From contig CAWBKB010000003.1 of the NCBI GenBank assembly GCA_963789265.1, forward strand, positions 864,001 through 928,000: DNA of 64,000 nucleotides, read 5' to 3'. This document shows positions 63,128-64,000 of this stretch, piece after piece. The notes beneath the pieces were generated by a model. That model saw nothing but the letters and a program-made list of their open reading frames with translations. It was not told where the DNA came from and searched no databases. Position 1 is the first letter of the stretch. Each line of letters opens with the position of its first letter. The position numbers and the translations under genes are program-made. This DNA comes from an uncultured delta proteobacterium (GTDB lineage Bacteria > Desulfobacterota > Desulfomonilia > Desulfomonilales > Desulfomonilaceae).

Positions 63128-64000
63128 ATGCAGGGTTTCTCTACAACAGGCTTATCATCCGGCGATCACTCGGCTCATACCCAAACTCGAGACGGTGTCT
63201 CCGGTAGTCTCGGCGGAATGCCGATGCAACCTGTTACCCTTTCGAGCAGTGAGACCCCATCTGGAGCCGGACGTAGCGGAGCGGACAAGTCAGCGTGTCA
63301 CATCTCTGAAGAAGGTCCATCCGAATATTCCGCCGAAAGGGACGATAGCAGGCTTATCCGGTCCTTCGAAATGATTTTTCAGCTTCATCAGCGCTCAGAA
63401 GAGGTCCGCACGCACCTCGAAAATGTCGATCGCCTGCTGCTCGGGTACTCGCACGGTGGCAAGTTTGACTGAAAAGCTAACTACAATCTTGGAGAGTGAG
63501 TTTGACCTCGCAGTGGCACGCATATTGTTCAGGCACGATCATCCCGTCGCCAAAGTTTTCCGAAGGACAGCGCCCAGGGGGGCCGGTATCATTCCGCCCT
63601 ACGTGCTCGAAAATGAAAACTTGATTCCCAGCGGCCCGTTTGTGCTGGACGACCCAAACGGGCGCTTGTCGGCCGGCTTGTTCGGTGAAGCTGCACTTCC
63701 CCTGTCCTCCGCTGTAGCCGCTAATCTCTGTGTTGACGGAGACGAACTGGGATGGCTGTGCCTGGGAAGCGACGATCCGAATCGCTACTCTGGAGGGATG
63801 AATACCGATCTCATCGCAACCTTGGCCGACAAGGTCGCGCTTGGCATACAAAACGCCTGGGATCACGAAAGCCATGCCCGTGCAGCACTCACGGGGAAGG
63901 TGGAAGCCATATACACTGAATCCTTCTTCCGGGAATACTTGGCGAAGGAATTCAATCGGTCCTGGCGCACCCACAAGGTCTTCTCCCTAATGGCGCTGTC
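63128..64000 (+). CDS. DUF484/GAF-like domain followed by start of a GGDEF-like domain; frameshift at ~63445, truncated by window end
   Basis: Removing one G in CGGGT gives an open frame to 64000: LCLGSDDPNRY..GMNTDLI..LA, then FFREYLAKEFNRSWR...FSLM. Confidence 0.6.

Noticed and set aside
63477..63974. 165-aa minus-strand ORF
   Set aside because: The plus strand carries the more credible DUF484/GGDEF-like frame over the same interval

Overview
Chromosomal window from an anaerobic deltaproteobacterium (Desulfobacterota; Desulfomonile/Syntrophales-like gene content, inferred from protein families only). In order: end of der, relA/spoT, a ~1.8 kb relic of collapsed restriction/defence genes, an AsmA-like protein, an RDD pair, a hybrid sensor kinase, a DmpA-like peptidase, an ECF sigma/anti-sigma/two Spy-CpxP-ZraP module, two Cys/Gly/Pro-rich secreted proteins with identical leaders, MoxR+VWA, a PBP with a degenerate transpeptidase, LUD protein, GHMP kinase, an APS kinase-AlkP fusion, a PAS kinase/sigma54 regulator/archaemetzincin trio, a sigma54-driven catabolic operon (SCP2, CoA ligase, two DUF2148-like Fe-S proteins, acyl-CoA dehydrogenase, SCP2-type thiolase) with its own activator, a second sigma54 unit (small Cys-rich protein plus lipoyl-less GcvH-like protein), stacked MITE/REP-like elements, a complete nuoA-N operon (fused NuoCD), a metallophosphoesterase, cysM and a truncated DUF484/GGDEF-like gene. 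About 11 single-base frameshifts, many in short homopolymers and some in normally conserved genes, point to assembly indel errors. No rRNA, tRNA or CRISPR array was seen. Best candidates for undescribed biology: the DUF2148-pair acyl-CoA operon, the Cys-domain/lipoyl-less GcvH/archaemetzincin module, and the paired Cys-rich secreted proteins. All family calls are from motif recognition; no database search was run.
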